Assembly (NCBI GenBank): GCA_038207085.1
Contig: JBBRAE010000007.1
Location: 32,001 to 96,000, forward strand
DNA: 64,000 nt
From: Armatimonadota bacterium
GTDB lineage: Bacteria > Armatimonadota > UBA5829 > DTLH01
Direction of reading: 5' to 3'
Positions 27,496-36,969 of the stretch are shown piece by piece; position 1 is the first letter of the stretch, and every line of letters begins with the position of its first letter. Below the pieces are notes generated by a model. It saw only the letters and a program-made list of their open reading frames with translations, did no database searches and was not told the origin of the DNA. A program made the position numbers and the translations under genes.

Positions 27496-28785
27496 ATGAA
27501 GTCCCAGATCAATGTAGGGATAATCGGGTTTGGAATCGTTGGCTGCGGCGCCTATCGCATTCTGACCGAGAACGCCGACCTCATCGAGCCGAAAGTGGGC
27601 TGCAAGGTCGTCGTCAAGCAGATTGCCGATCTTGAGTTCGACAAGCCGCGCCCAGTCGAGTTCGATCGAAGCCTCTGCACCACCAACGCAAAAGAATTGC
27701 TGAATAACCCCGAGATCGATATTGTAGTCGAGCTTATGGGCGGCGTGAACCCGGCCTATGCCTTCCTGATGGAAGCGATCAAAAACGGCAAGCACGTCGT
27801 CACCGCGAACAAAGAGCTTATCGCAAAGAAAGGCCACGATCTTCTGGTCGAAGCTGGTGAGCGCAAGCAGGACTTCTTCTTTGAGGCAAGCGTCGGCGGC
27901 GGGATTCCGATCATCCGCCCGATGAAGCAGTGCCTTGCGGGTAACCGCATCAAAGAGATCAAGGGCATCGTCAACGGCACGACCAACTACATTCTCACCC
28001 GAATGGCTGAAGAAGGCAGGGACTACGCCGAAGTGATCGCCGACGCCCAGAGGCTCGGTTATGCCGAGGCCGACCCCACAAACGATGTCGACGGCCACGA
28101 CGCCGCTTACAAGATTTCGATTCTCGCGTCGATCGGCTTCACAAGCAGCGTAGACGTGACCAAAGTTTACCGCGAGGGCATCCGAAACATCACCCGGAAG
28201 GATATGGCCTACGCAAAAGAGCTCGGTTACGCGATCAAGCTCCTTGCAATCGCCAAAGATATCAACGGCCAGATGCAGATCAGGGTCCACCCCACGATGA
28301 TCTCCAAGAGCCATCCCCTCGCAAGCGTAAACGACGTGAACAACGCCATTTACATTACGGGCGACCCTATCGGCGACGTGATGTTCTTCGGCCCCGGCGC
28401 GGGCTCTGAGGCCGCCGGTAGCGCGGTTGTCGGCGACGTGATCGACATCGCGCGAAACATCAATTTCGGATCTACGGGACGCATCGCCTGCACCTGTTTT
28501 GAAGACAGGGTAATGCAGACGATGGACGACGTCTTGTGCAAGCATTACATTAGAACTCAGACAACTGACAAGCCGAAAGTGCTCGGCACCATCGCAAACG
28601 TCCTTGGTGAGAACAACGTAAGCCTCGCAAGCGTAATGCAGAAGGGCACGCGCGAAGACGGGACTGCAGAAGTCATCTGGGTCACGCACACCGCACCCGA
28701 GCCGAGTGTTCGCAAATCGCTAGAAACCATCAAGGCGCTCGACGTGGTAAGCGAAGTTTCGAGCTGGATCAGGGTTGAGGACTAG
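27496..28785 (+). CDS. hom: Homoserine dehydrogenase with ACT domain
   Basis: GFGIVG, VVTANK, FEASVGGGIP, NGTTNYIL, GYAEADP. Confidence 0.96.
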   Translation: MKSQINVGIIGFGIVGCGAYRILTENADLIEPKVGCKVVVKQIADLEFDKPRPVEFDRSLCTTNAKELLNNPEIDIVVELMGGVNPAYAFLMEAIKNGKHVVTANKELIAKKGHDLLVEAGERKQDFFFEASVGGGIPIIRPMKQCLAGNRIKEIKGIVNGTTNYILTRMAEEGRDYAEVIADAQRLGYAEADPTNDVDGHDAAYKISILASIGFTSSVDVTKVYREGIRNITRKDMAYAKELGYAIKLLAIAKDINGQMQIRVHPTMISKSHPLASVNDVNNAIYITGDPIGDVMFFGPGAGSEAAGSAVVGDVIDIARNINFGSTGRIACTCFEDRVMQTMDDVLCKHYIRTQTTDKPKVLGTIANVLGENNVSLASVMQKGTREDGTAEVIWVTHTAPEPSVRKSLETIKALDVVSEVSSWIRVED

Positions 28786-28798
28786 ATAGGATAAACAA

Positions 28799-29875
28799 AT
28801 GGTAATGGAAGCAACACGCGCGGGTCGCATCCCGCTCATTGAACGCTACAGGAAGTATCTCCCGGTAACGGCGAGCACTCCTGTCATATCGCTCATGGAA
28901 GGCGACACTCCGCTCATTCGTGCCGACCGTCTCGCCAAAGCGATCGACCCGAAGCTCACCATTTACCTGAAATACGAAGGACTGAACCCGACCGGGTCAT
29001 TCAAAGACCGCGGTATGACGATGGCTATCACCAAAGCCGTCGAAGCGGGCTCCAAAGCCGTTATGTGCGCATCGACGGGCAACACCGCCGCCGCCGCCGC
29101 CGCCTATTCGGCCCGAGCCGGGCTGACATGCGCCGTGCTTCTCCCCAAGGGTGAAGTCGCGCTCGGCAAGGTGAGCCAGTCGATGATGCACGGCGCGAAG
29201 GTGATCGCCGTCACCGGCAACTTCGACGACGCGCTCCAGGCTGTTCTCGACATCACGAGCAACTATCCCGTGACCTTGGTCAACTCGCTAAACCCCTATA
29301 GAATTGAAGGCCAAAAGACGGGCTCTTTCGAGATCATCGACGTGCTCGGCGACGCCCCGACCTACCACGCGATCCCCGTCGGCAACGCCGGGAACATAAC
29401 GGCGTATTGGAAGGGCTACAAAGAGTATTTCGCAGAGGGCAGATCGACCCATCTGCCGAAGATGCTCGGTTTCCAGGCCGCCGGAAGCGCCCCGATCGTC
29501 CACGGGTTCCCGATTAAAGAGCCTGAGACGCTCGCAACCGCCATTCGAATTGGTAACCCCGCGAGCTGGAAGACCGCTGTCGAGGCGCGCGATGAGTCTG
29601 GCGGACTGATCGATATGGTGACCGACGACGAGATCATCGAGGCCTACAAGATGCTCGCAAGCCTTGAGGGTGTCTTCTGCGAGCCCGCATCGGCCGCATC
29701 GGTCGCAGGAATCATAAAGAAAGCTGCACAGGGATATTTCACAGAGGAAGCGACGGTCGTCTGCGTGCTAACCGGGCACGGCCTGAAGGACCCGAACCGA
29801 GCTGTTTCGGTCTCCCCTGGACTGATCGAGCTTCCCGCCAATGCTGAAGCTATTGTAGGAGAACTTGGACTATGA
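28799..29875 (+). CDS. thrC: Threonine synthase
   Basis: NPTGSFKDRG, ASTGNT, PVGNAGN, LTGHGLKD. Confidence 0.96.
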   Translation: MVMEATRAGRIPLIERYRKYLPVTASTPVISLMEGDTPLIRADRLAKAIDPKLTIYLKYEGLNPTGSFKDRGMTMAITKAVEAGSKAVMCASTGNTAAAAAAYSARAGLTCAVLLPKGEVALGKVSQSMMHGAKVIAVTGNFDDALQAVLDITSNYPVTLVNSLNPYRIEGQKTGSFEIIDVLGDAPTYHAIPVGNAGNITAYWKGYKEYFAEGRSTHLPKMLGFQAAGSAPIVHGFPIKEPETLATAIRIGNPASWKTAVEARDESGGLIDMVTDDEIIEAYKMLASLEGVFCEPASAASVAGIIKKAAQGYFTEEATVVCVLTGHGLKDPNRAVSVSPGLIELPANAEAIVGELGL

Positions 29876-30810
29876 CGCTCGTTAGATCGACTGACATTCC
29901 CGGGCTGAAGAAGCACATCACGGGCAAAGTTCGCGACGTTTACGACCTTGGGGACTCACTTCTGCTCGTCGCAAGCGACAGGCTTTCGGCGTTTGACGTA
30001 GTGCTCCCCGGCGGAGTCGCTGATAAGGGCCGCGTGCTCACCCAGATTTCGGTGTTCTGGTTTGAGATGACCAAAGACATCGTCGAAAACCACGTCATCA
30101 CCACCGACGCCGACGAGATCGTCGGGTACCTGAAAGAAGCCGGAGTCGCCGACGCAGAGCAGTATCGCGATATGCTCGACGGTCGCGCGATGCTCGGCAA
30201 GAAGGCCCAGGGCGTCCCGATCGAGTGCATCGTCCGTGGCTACCTCGCAGGGTCAGGCTGGAAAGACTACCAGGCGCTCGTCGCCGCATCAAACGGCGCT
30301 GAGACCGTCACTCTTCACGGTGTAACGCTGCCTTCCAGCATGGTAGAGTCCCAGCAGATGCCCGAGCCCGCGTTCACACCGTCAACCAAGGCCTCAAGCG
30401 GCCACGATGAGAATATCAGCGCCGATAAGGCCCGTGAGATCGTCGGAAAAGAGCTTGTGGATGAGCTTGAGCGCCTGAGCCTTGCGATCTACAAGAAGGC
30501 TTCGGAGTACGCCCGCGAGCGCGGTATCATCATCTGCGACACCAAGTTCGAATTCGGCATCCGCGACGGCAAGGTGATCCTGATCGACGAGGTGCTGACC
30601 CCGGACTCCTCCCGATTCTGGGCTGAAGCCGACTACGTCCCAGGCAAGAGCCAGGACGCCTTCGACAAGCAGTTCGTTCGGGATTATCTGGAAACGCTCG
30701 ACTGGGACAAGACCTACCCCGGCCCCGAACTCCCCGAAGACGTGGTGAACAACACCCGGGCAAGGTATCTTGAAGCTTACAAGAGACTCGTCGGGAAAGA
30801 ACTTATATAG
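29872..30810 (+). CDS. purC: SAICAR synthase
   Basis: GKVRDVY, SDRLSAFD, DTKFEFG, DEVLTPDSSRFW. Confidence 0.97.
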   Translation: MTLVRSTDIPGLKKHITGKVRDVYDLGDSLLLVASDRLSAFDVVLPGGVADKGRVLTQISVFWFEMTKDIVENHVITTDADEIVGYLKEAGVADAEQYRDMLDGRAMLGKKAQGVPIECIVRGYLAGSGWKDYQALVAASNGAETVTLHGVTLPSSMVESQQMPEPAFTPSTKASSGHDENISADKAREIVGKELVDELERLSLAIYKKASEYARERGIIICDTKFEFGIRDGKVILIDEVLTPDSSRFWAEADYVPGKSQDAFDKQFVRDYLETLDWDKTYPGPELPEDVVNNTRARYLEAYKRLVGKELI

Positions 30811-30824
30811 TAGACTAAAATGCG

Positions 30825-30852
30825 AAAGGCCGGCCAGGCGCCGGCCTTTTTT
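30825..30852 (+). terminator. Intrinsic terminator
   Basis: AAAGGCCGGC-CAGGC-GCCGGCCTTT followed by further Ts. Confidence 0.8.
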
Positions 30853-30866
30853 GCGTACGTGTGCGG

Positions 30867-31067
30867 CTAATACTGCTCTTCGTGCATCTTCTCGGGGTTC
30901 TGCCCCTGGTGCGTGTTGTGCGTATAGGTGTTGCAGTCGGCGTGATCCCGGTGGAACATCACGTGAACTGCCTCAGCCACGCACTTCGTGTCCTTGTTGT
31001 ATGAACAATCCTGAGCTGAACAGAGCACTACCTTCCCTGAAGTGCCCATCTGTGTTGGGGATTCCAT
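30867..31067 (-). CDS. DUF1540-like small Cys-rich protein
   Basis: CSAQDCSYN...CVA...CNTY pattern. Confidence 0.7.
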   Translation of the reverse strand: MESPTQMGTSGKVVLCSAQDCSYNKDTKCVAEAVHVMFHRDHADCNTYTHNTHQGQNPEKMHEEQY

Positions 31068-31222
31068 TATCCGTCACCTCTGAGAAATAGATTCATAACA
31101 CACCCGAAATGGCCCAGTCGATTTGGTTAGTACCCTGACCTACTATCCCCCAAACTACCCCAATAGATTTGACATTTGACCACCCCCGAAAAAATGCGTG
31201 ACTTTTTATACAATAACACCCA

Positions 31223-31251
31223 TTTACAAATCAATGCCTGCATGCTATAAT
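31223..31251 (+). promoter_or_regulatory. Sigma-70 promoter of csp, giving a long (~125 nt) 5' UTR
   Basis: TTTACA-N17-TATAAT with extended TG. Confidence 0.65.
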
Positions 31252-31385
31252 CCGGTCGTGTCCATGATAGAAGGACAGAAATATCGAGAACGTTAAAGGC
31301 AAGGTACCGCAAATGTGTAGTGAGCGTGCTGGCCACGTCTCCAATCCGGCTCTTGCATTTGGCGTGAAGAGAAGGAGGGTTGGGG

Positions 31386-31589
31386 ATGCAAAACGGAACT
31401 GTAAAATGGTTCAGTGACGCGAAGGGCTACGGATTCATCGCTACCAACGAGGATAAAGATGTATTCGTACACTTCTCGGCCATCAATGGCGAAGGCCGTA
31501 AGACCCTGTTCGAGGGTCAATCGGTTGAGTTCGAAATCGCCGATGGCCCCAAGGGCCCGCAAGCGGCAAACGTATCTGTTCTTGGTTAA
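31386..31589 (+). CDS. csp: Cold-shock protein
   Basis: [29 protein letters not shown]. Confidence 0.96.
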   Translation: MQNGTVKWFSDAKGYGFIATNEDKDVFVHFSAINGEGRKTLFEGQSVEFEIADGPKGPQAANVSVLG

Positions 31590-31605
31590 CAACAGATAGC
31601 ACACC

Positions 31606-31633
31606 AAGCCCCTGCAGAACACCGCGGGGGCTT
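31606..31633. terminator. Hairpin between convergent csp and comF
   Basis: AAGCCCCTGC...GCGGGGGCTT. Confidence 0.5.
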
Positions 31634-31662
31634 ATCCAGATATCTACTACTGCGACACTACC

Positions 31663-32391
31663 TCAGACACTCCTAGCGACCGTCACGACGTGCACCTCTT
31701 TCGCTCCCGCTTCCCTCAGAGCAAAAGCCGCTGATTCCGCAGTGCTCCCTGTTGTAAGAACGTCGTCGATCAGCATCACGTTCCGCCCATCCACCGCGTC
31801 TCGCCTCTTGACTGAGAACGCGCCAATCACATTTTCCATTCTCCGCTCAAGCGAAAGACCCACCTGCGCCACGCCCGACTTCGACCGCACGAGCACACCC
31901 GTCAGCACCGGCAGCGCAAGGACTCGCCCCACTTCTTTTGCGATCAACTCCGACTGGTTAAACCCGCGTTGACGCTCCTTTGCAGGATGCATCGGCACAG
32001 CAACGATGCAGCCGCAGCGACCAGTGACCCAGTGTTTGCCACGAAGCGCCTGCAACATCAGTCGCGCAAGCACCGGGGCCATCACCCTGTGCCCGGAGTA
32101 TTTCATCTGGTGGACCGCGTCCTTCAGGACATCCTCATAGATCCCAACCGACATTGCCGAGTCAAACGAAAACTCCTGCTCCGCGCATTTTGGGCAGCGG
32201 AGGCTCTCCAGACGTGGCAGAGCGCACTTCGGGCAGGCAGTGCCGTCGAGCATGTTGATCTTAGCCTCGCACTCTGCACACAAATACGATGCCTGCATAT
32301 CCCCACAGACAAGGCACTTCGGCGGGTAGACGAGATCAACTATCCCCTGCCAGATATCCGAAACAAGTGTTATTGTGTTCGACGAACTCAT
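31663..32391 (-). CDS. comF: ComF family protein
   Basis: N-terminal CxxC zinc ribbon; RGFNQS; LIDDVLTTGST. Confidence 0.92.
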   Translation of the reverse strand: MSSSNTITLVSDIWQGIVDLVYPPKCLVCGDMQASYLCAECEAKINMLDGTACPKCALPRLESLRCPKCAEQEFSFDSAMSVGIYEDVLKDAVHQMKYSGHRVMAPVLARLMLQALRGKHWVTGRCGCIVAVPMHPAKERQRGFNQSELIAKEVGRVLALPVLTGVLVRSKSGVAQVGLSLERRMENVIGAFSVKRRDAVDGRNVMLIDDVLTTGSTAESAAFALREAGAKEVHVVTVARSV

Positions 32392-32488
32392 CCCCTACCC
32401 CATTCGTTTTCAGTGTCTTTAGTTTAGAGGAACTATCAAAATCAGGCAAGCTTTTGCGCGACCGACGTAAACCGGCTACAATAGAGGT

Positions 32489-33316
32489 GTGAACAGAGCT
32501 ATTACTCCACGCGTAAGCGTGATAATTCCGGTCTACTGCGCAACGATCGAGCAGGAAGCTTTTCTTCGTGAGGCTCTAGCCTCCGTCGCCGCCCAAACCC
32601 ACCGCGACTTTGAGGTGATTCTGGTCGACGACGTCTCCCCGCGCGATATCCGTCCCCTGGTGGAGTCCACAGTCGGCCTGTCCGATGTAAGAATTATCCG
32701 TAACGCGACCAACCAGGGCCACGCGCGTTCCCGAAACGCCGGAATAGAAGCCTCCCAAACTGAACTACTGGCGTTTCTCGACCACGACGACATCTGGAAG
32801 GCCGATAAGCTCGAAAGGCAGATACAAAAGCTCGACGCAAGCCCTGACGCGGCTATGGTCTTCTGCGGTGTAGAAATATTCGGCCCCTGCGCTGGCAGGC
32901 TCTCGATAGATCAGTCGAAGATTCCGGAGCGCCCGAGCGTGTTTTGGTTCTGCTACCACGGAAACCACGTCATCACCGCGACTGCCGCGCTCGTGCGCAA
33001 ATCGGCACTAATTGAGATTGGCATGTTCGACCCACGATACTCAACAAGCGATGACTTTGACGCATGGCTCAAGATACTCGAACTTCATCCGATAATCTAT
33101 ATGCCAGACAAGTTGGCGCGCTATCGGCTTCACTCTCAAAACGCCAACTACGGAGTCGACAGATGGAACGACAGCACCCTGCTATTTTCGGTGTTTATCA
33201 GTTATTGGAAGAAAGCTCCTCTGCTAATTAAGGTAGGTTTAATCCCAAAACTAGCCAAAAAGCTGATTGGTAAGGTATACTACAGTATGTACCGCCACCG
33301 ACGATTCAAGGAATGA
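32489..33316 (+). CDS. Glycosyltransferase family 2
   Basis: VSVIIPVY, ILVDD, RNAGI, FLDHDD. Confidence 0.92.
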   Translation: MNRAITPRVSVIIPVYCATIEQEAFLREALASVAAQTHRDFEVILVDDVSPRDIRPLVESTVGLSDVRIIRNATNQGHARSRNAGIEASQTELLAFLDHDDIWKADKLERQIQKLDASPDAAMVFCGVEIFGPCAGRLSIDQSKIPERPSVFWFCYHGNHVITATAALVRKSALIEIGMFDPRYSTSDDFDAWLKILELHPIIYMPDKLARYRLHSQNANYGVDRWNDSTLLFSVFISYWKKAPLLIKVGLIPKLAKKLIGKVYYSMYRHRRFKE

Positions 33317-33448
33317 GTGACGCTGATGCGAGGGGACATCGCATGTCAGACATCCCGCCGATGCAGGAAGCATCCTCAGTGGCCGGCTCCTTGTCCCACA
33401 GACCGTTCGGGAACAAGTTCCCTCGTTCGGTCGTCACTTATATGGAAC

Positions 33449-33491
33449 CTAACCCGCATTATTCACAAGAAGCGTGAATAATGCGGGCTAA
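33449..33491. mobile_element. Short single-hairpin derivative of MITE family 1 (copy D)
   Basis: CTAACCCGCATTATTCAC-AAGAAGC-GTGAATAATGCGGGCTA. Confidence 0.7.
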
Positions 33492-33513
33492 TACATCAGT
33501 GGTGACTTGAGAT

Positions 33514-36500
33514 ATGACACGCAGGAGCCTTCTGCACTATGCGTCCACATACGTTGTGATGACAGTGCTGGCGGGGTTAACACTTTTCCCCTCCGTAATA
33601 CGTGCAGACACGCCTCCTGATACCGTCTCCGTCAGAGTCCCATTCGAAGACCTCCCCAAGCTTTCAACCGTTCATCCCATCGACAGAATCGACTATGACG
33701 CGTTTTCCGTGCTTCATGTGACCCGGCAAGAGCTTAACAAGCTTAAGTCGCTTAAAGTCCGCACGTCGGAGGAAAACTCAACCGGCGCAATCGGTCTTCC
33801 CAAACGCAAACAGGCTTTGTCGACCAGGGAAATGCCCACAAGAGAGGGGCTGAACATAGTCCAGCTCGCCGGGCCGGTGAAAACCGAATGGATTCGTGAG
33901 ATCGAGCAAACCGGGGCGAAGATCGTCTCCTACGTGCCGGACAACTCGTATCTCCTGTGGCTCAATGCTGCCTCAGTTAGGAATCTCGCCGTAAAACCTT
34001 TCATCAGGTGGCGCGCGCCGTATCTTCCCGCGAACAAAGTCAGCGCGAACCTAACAGGGGCATCGGGCAAGACTACAATCGCTGTAAGCATATATGACGA
34101 TGCCAGCGGCTCAACACTTCACTCGATAACAAAGCTCGGGGCATACCTCGTCGCCGATCCTGACTCACAGATGTACAACGGCATCTCAAGCGCGATCTTC
34201 ATTGTCGATTGCAAGCTGATCGACAAGATCGCCGCTCTTCCCCACGTTCTTTACATCGACCGCACATCAACGGGTGTAGAGCTCGACGATGAGGTCGCGT
34301 GCCAGATCGCCGCTCACAACTACAACACGTCCGGTATCCCTACTGCCAGCCCGAACTACAAAGACTGGTTATCAAGCATTGGTTTTGACGGCACGGGAAC
34401 GACCGTTGCAGTAGTCGACAGCGGCTGCGACACCAATAACACATCGACCATGCATCTCGACCTCCGCAGCCGCGTGCAGAGCGTGGTAAAGTACCTTGGC
34501 ACCGACGACACCGACATTGCCGGGCACGGCACCCACGTGGCGGGAATCATCGCCGGCACCGCGGCAATCGGAACGACGGACTCCTCGGGTTTCCTCTACG
34601 GTCAGGGGGTCGCTCCAGGAAGCAGCCTTGTCATCCAGAACGCATCGGCCACATTTTCGGTTTTTCCGCCGGTTAGCTGGGAAGTCATCACTCGTGATGC
34701 AACCAGACGCGGCGCGGTGATATCCAACAACAGTTGGTCACGCGACAACACCGTAAACTCCGGCTATACCAGCGTTTGCGCCACATTCGACGCCCTTGTG
34801 CGTGACTCAGATAACGGCACGGCGGGTCTACAGCCGCTTGCTATCGTATTTTCGATCGGCAACCAAGGTCCAAACCCTGGCACGGTCGGCGCTCCCAAAG
34901 AGGCCAAGAATATTATCACCGTCGGCGCAAGTGAAAACTACCGCCCGGCGAACCCGCTCGGCAGCTCGTGCAGTGCGTCGAGCAATATCACCGGAGTGGC
35001 TGAACTCAGCAGCCGCGGCCCGTGCCTTGACGGCAGAATTGCTCCAACCGTAGTAGCCCCCGGCACCCAAATCGCTTCAACCGCATCGTCGGTCGCAAAC
35101 TACACGGGGAACTGCCAGGCCTCAATCGACTCAAATTATGCGTGGATGAGCGGCACGTCGATGGCGGCGCCGATGGTCTCCGGAGCGCTTGCTCTTGTGG
35201 ACCAGTGGTGGCGCTCGGAACATAACAATCAGCACCCTAGCCCGGCGCTTTTCAAGGCGATCGTCGTCAACAGCGCCGTCGACCTCGCAGGGGGGCCAAA
35301 CGGACGAGGTGGAACTCTCACCCATATCCCAAACAACGATCAGGGCTGGGGCCGCCTCGACACTTCGAACGCCATCGCCCCACCGAACACTTTCTATGAA
35401 GACCAGACCAACGTTTTTAGCCAGAGCGGACAGATCCGCCGGTACAGGGTGGAGACAGTCGACACCAGCAAACCACTCAAGATCTCTCTTGTCTGGACTG
35501 ACGCCCAGGGGCTCGCTGGTTCCCAGGCGTGGACAAACGATCTAGACCTGGTCGCCACTAAGTCAGGTAATACCTATCTCGGCAACGTCTTCTCAAACGG
35601 CGGGTCGACTACCGGTGGCTCCCGCGACTACAAGAACAACGTCGAATGCATCTACGTCCAGAACCCATCGGGAGTGTACGAAATAAGCGTCGTAGCCGCC
35701 AACATCGCAGGCGACGCGATCCCCGGCAACTCCATTCCACTTGAGCAGGACTACGCGCTGGTCATCCGAAACGGCAGAGTCGGCGGCACGGTCATTGAGC
35801 CCTACACCCCTGTTGTATCGTCCACACCCGCAGCGCCTGACCATTACACGGCGAATCAGCCAAGTGGCTGGTCGGCGGCGGCTCTTCTGCCTGCTCCGGG
35901 AGGTGACAGCAACCTCGCGGTCTATATCGACCCAGGTTTTACATCCTCTCCAGCTACATCAGACGCTCCCGGCCAGGTGCTCGACTTCATCGCCGTCGAC
36001 GGCAACAGGCCGGTCCCATCCATTCTGTATCCTCGCGTAAGCTCGGTTTTCGGCTCATCGGGTTACACTGTTGAGTGGGCCACAAAGACGGGCGATCTAG
36101 TTTCGGGGAGCACGGTGTATCAGAGTTTTGGAGCGTCGAACCTTATCAGAATGTGGGATATCTCGGTTGCGGGGTCAGCGAACTGCGGACTTCGCGTCGA
36201 ACCGATATCCGGCGACCTAGACCTCGGAATCTGCGTTTTCGGATCGACAGCCGGTCAGCCTTCTACGTATTATCGGCTGAAATCCGGCGCACTTGCCAGG
36301 CTCGACCCTGCGGGGCCCTATACCGTCCAGACGTTGCTCTTCCAACTTCCAGCCGCTGGGCGTTACGGAGTTGCAGTGTGGAAAAACGGAGGAAGCGGAG
36401 ACTACAGGGTTCTGTTTGACGACAGCGCGCCGACTTCTCTTGTCGTAACCCCGGCGTCGGCTTTCCCCACGAGCATAACCGAGCTTTCGGCGTCCTGGAG

Positions 36501-36969
36501 CGCATCCGACCCTGAAACCTCCATCATCAAATACGAGTATGCGATCGGCGCCAGCCCTGGCGCGACCGACGTCGTCGACTGGACGGACGCTGGCCTCGAC
36601 ACCAGTGTGACTCGAAGCGATCTCACTCTCAACTGGGAGGCTGACTACTACTTCACCGTTCGGGCAACAAATGGCTTGGGGATGACAACCACGGCCTCAA
36701 GCGGCCCAATCAGGCCCGTTCACGGGGTCGAGACGATCAATGCAGCCAAAGCAGAAAACGACCCGACCATCGTGAAACTCACCGGCAAGAGCGTCACTGC
36801 GATCTACTCGGATCGGTTCTACATCGAAGAGACCAACAGGTCCGGTGGAATCAGGGTCAAGGGGATTTCGCCTGTGTCGGAGGGCCAAAAAGTAACCGTA
36901 GTCGGCCCGATCAAGACCGACTACGACGGCGAGCGATATATCGACCCGATCGACATAAAGATCTACTAA
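33514..36969 (+). CDS. Secreted S8 (subtilisin-like) serine protease with C-terminal beta domains
   Basis: Catalytic triad VVDSG / HGTHVAG / GTSMAAP; signal peptide; FN3-like module near the C-terminus. Confidence 0.93.
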   Translation: MTRRSLLHYASTYVVMTVLAGLTLFPSVIRADTPPDTVSVRVPFEDLPKLSTVHPIDRIDYDAFSVLHVTRQELNKLKSLKVRTSEENSTGAIGLPKRKQALSTREMPTREGLNIVQLAGPVKTEWIREIEQTGAKIVSYVPDNSYLLWLNAASVRNLAVKPFIRWRAPYLPANKVSANLTGASGKTTIAVSIYDDASGSTLHSITKLGAYLVADPDSQMYNGISSAIFIVDCKLIDKIAALPHVLYIDRTSTGVELDDEVACQIAAHNYNTSGIPTASPNYKDWLSSIGFDGTGTTVAVVDSGCDTNNTSTMHLDLRSRVQSVVKYLGTDDTDIAGHGTHVAGIIAGTAAIGTTDSSGFLYGQGVAPGSSLVIQNASATFSVFPPVSWEVITRDATRRGAVISNNSWSRDNTVNSGYTSVCATFDALVRDSDNGTAGLQPLAIVFSIGNQGPNPGTVGAPKEAKNIITVGASENYRPANPLGSSCSASSNITGVAELSSRGPCLDGRIAPTVVAPGTQIASTASSVANYTGNCQASIDSNYAWMSGTSMAAPMVSGALALVDQWWRSEHNNQHPSPALFKAIVVNSAVDLAGGPNGRGGTLTHIPNNDQGWGRLDTSNAIAPPNTFYEDQTNVFSQSGQIRRYRVETVDTSKPLKISLVWTDAQGLAGSQAWTNDLDLVATKSGNTYLGNVFSNGGSTTGGSRDYKNNVECIYVQNPSGVYEISVVAANIAGDAIPGNSIPLEQDYALVIRNGRVGGTVIEPYTPVVSSTPAAPDHYTANQPSGWSAAALLPAPGGDSNLAVYIDPGFTSSPATSDAPGQVLDFIAVDGNRPVPSILYPRVSSVFGSSGYTVEWATKTGDLVSGSTVYQSFGASNLIRMWDISVAGSANCGLRVEPISGDLDLGICVFGSTAGQPSTYYRLKSGALARLDPAGPYTVQTLLFQLPAAGRYGVAVWKNGGSGDYRVLFDDSAPTSLVVTPASAFPTSITELSASWSASDPETSIIKYEYAIGASPGATDVVDWTDAGLDTSVTRSDLTLNWEADYYFTVRATNGLGMTTTASSGPIRPVHGVETINAAKAENDPTIVKLTGKSVTAIYSDRFYIEETNRSGGIRVKGISPVSEGQKVTVVGPIKTDYDGERYIDPIDIKIY

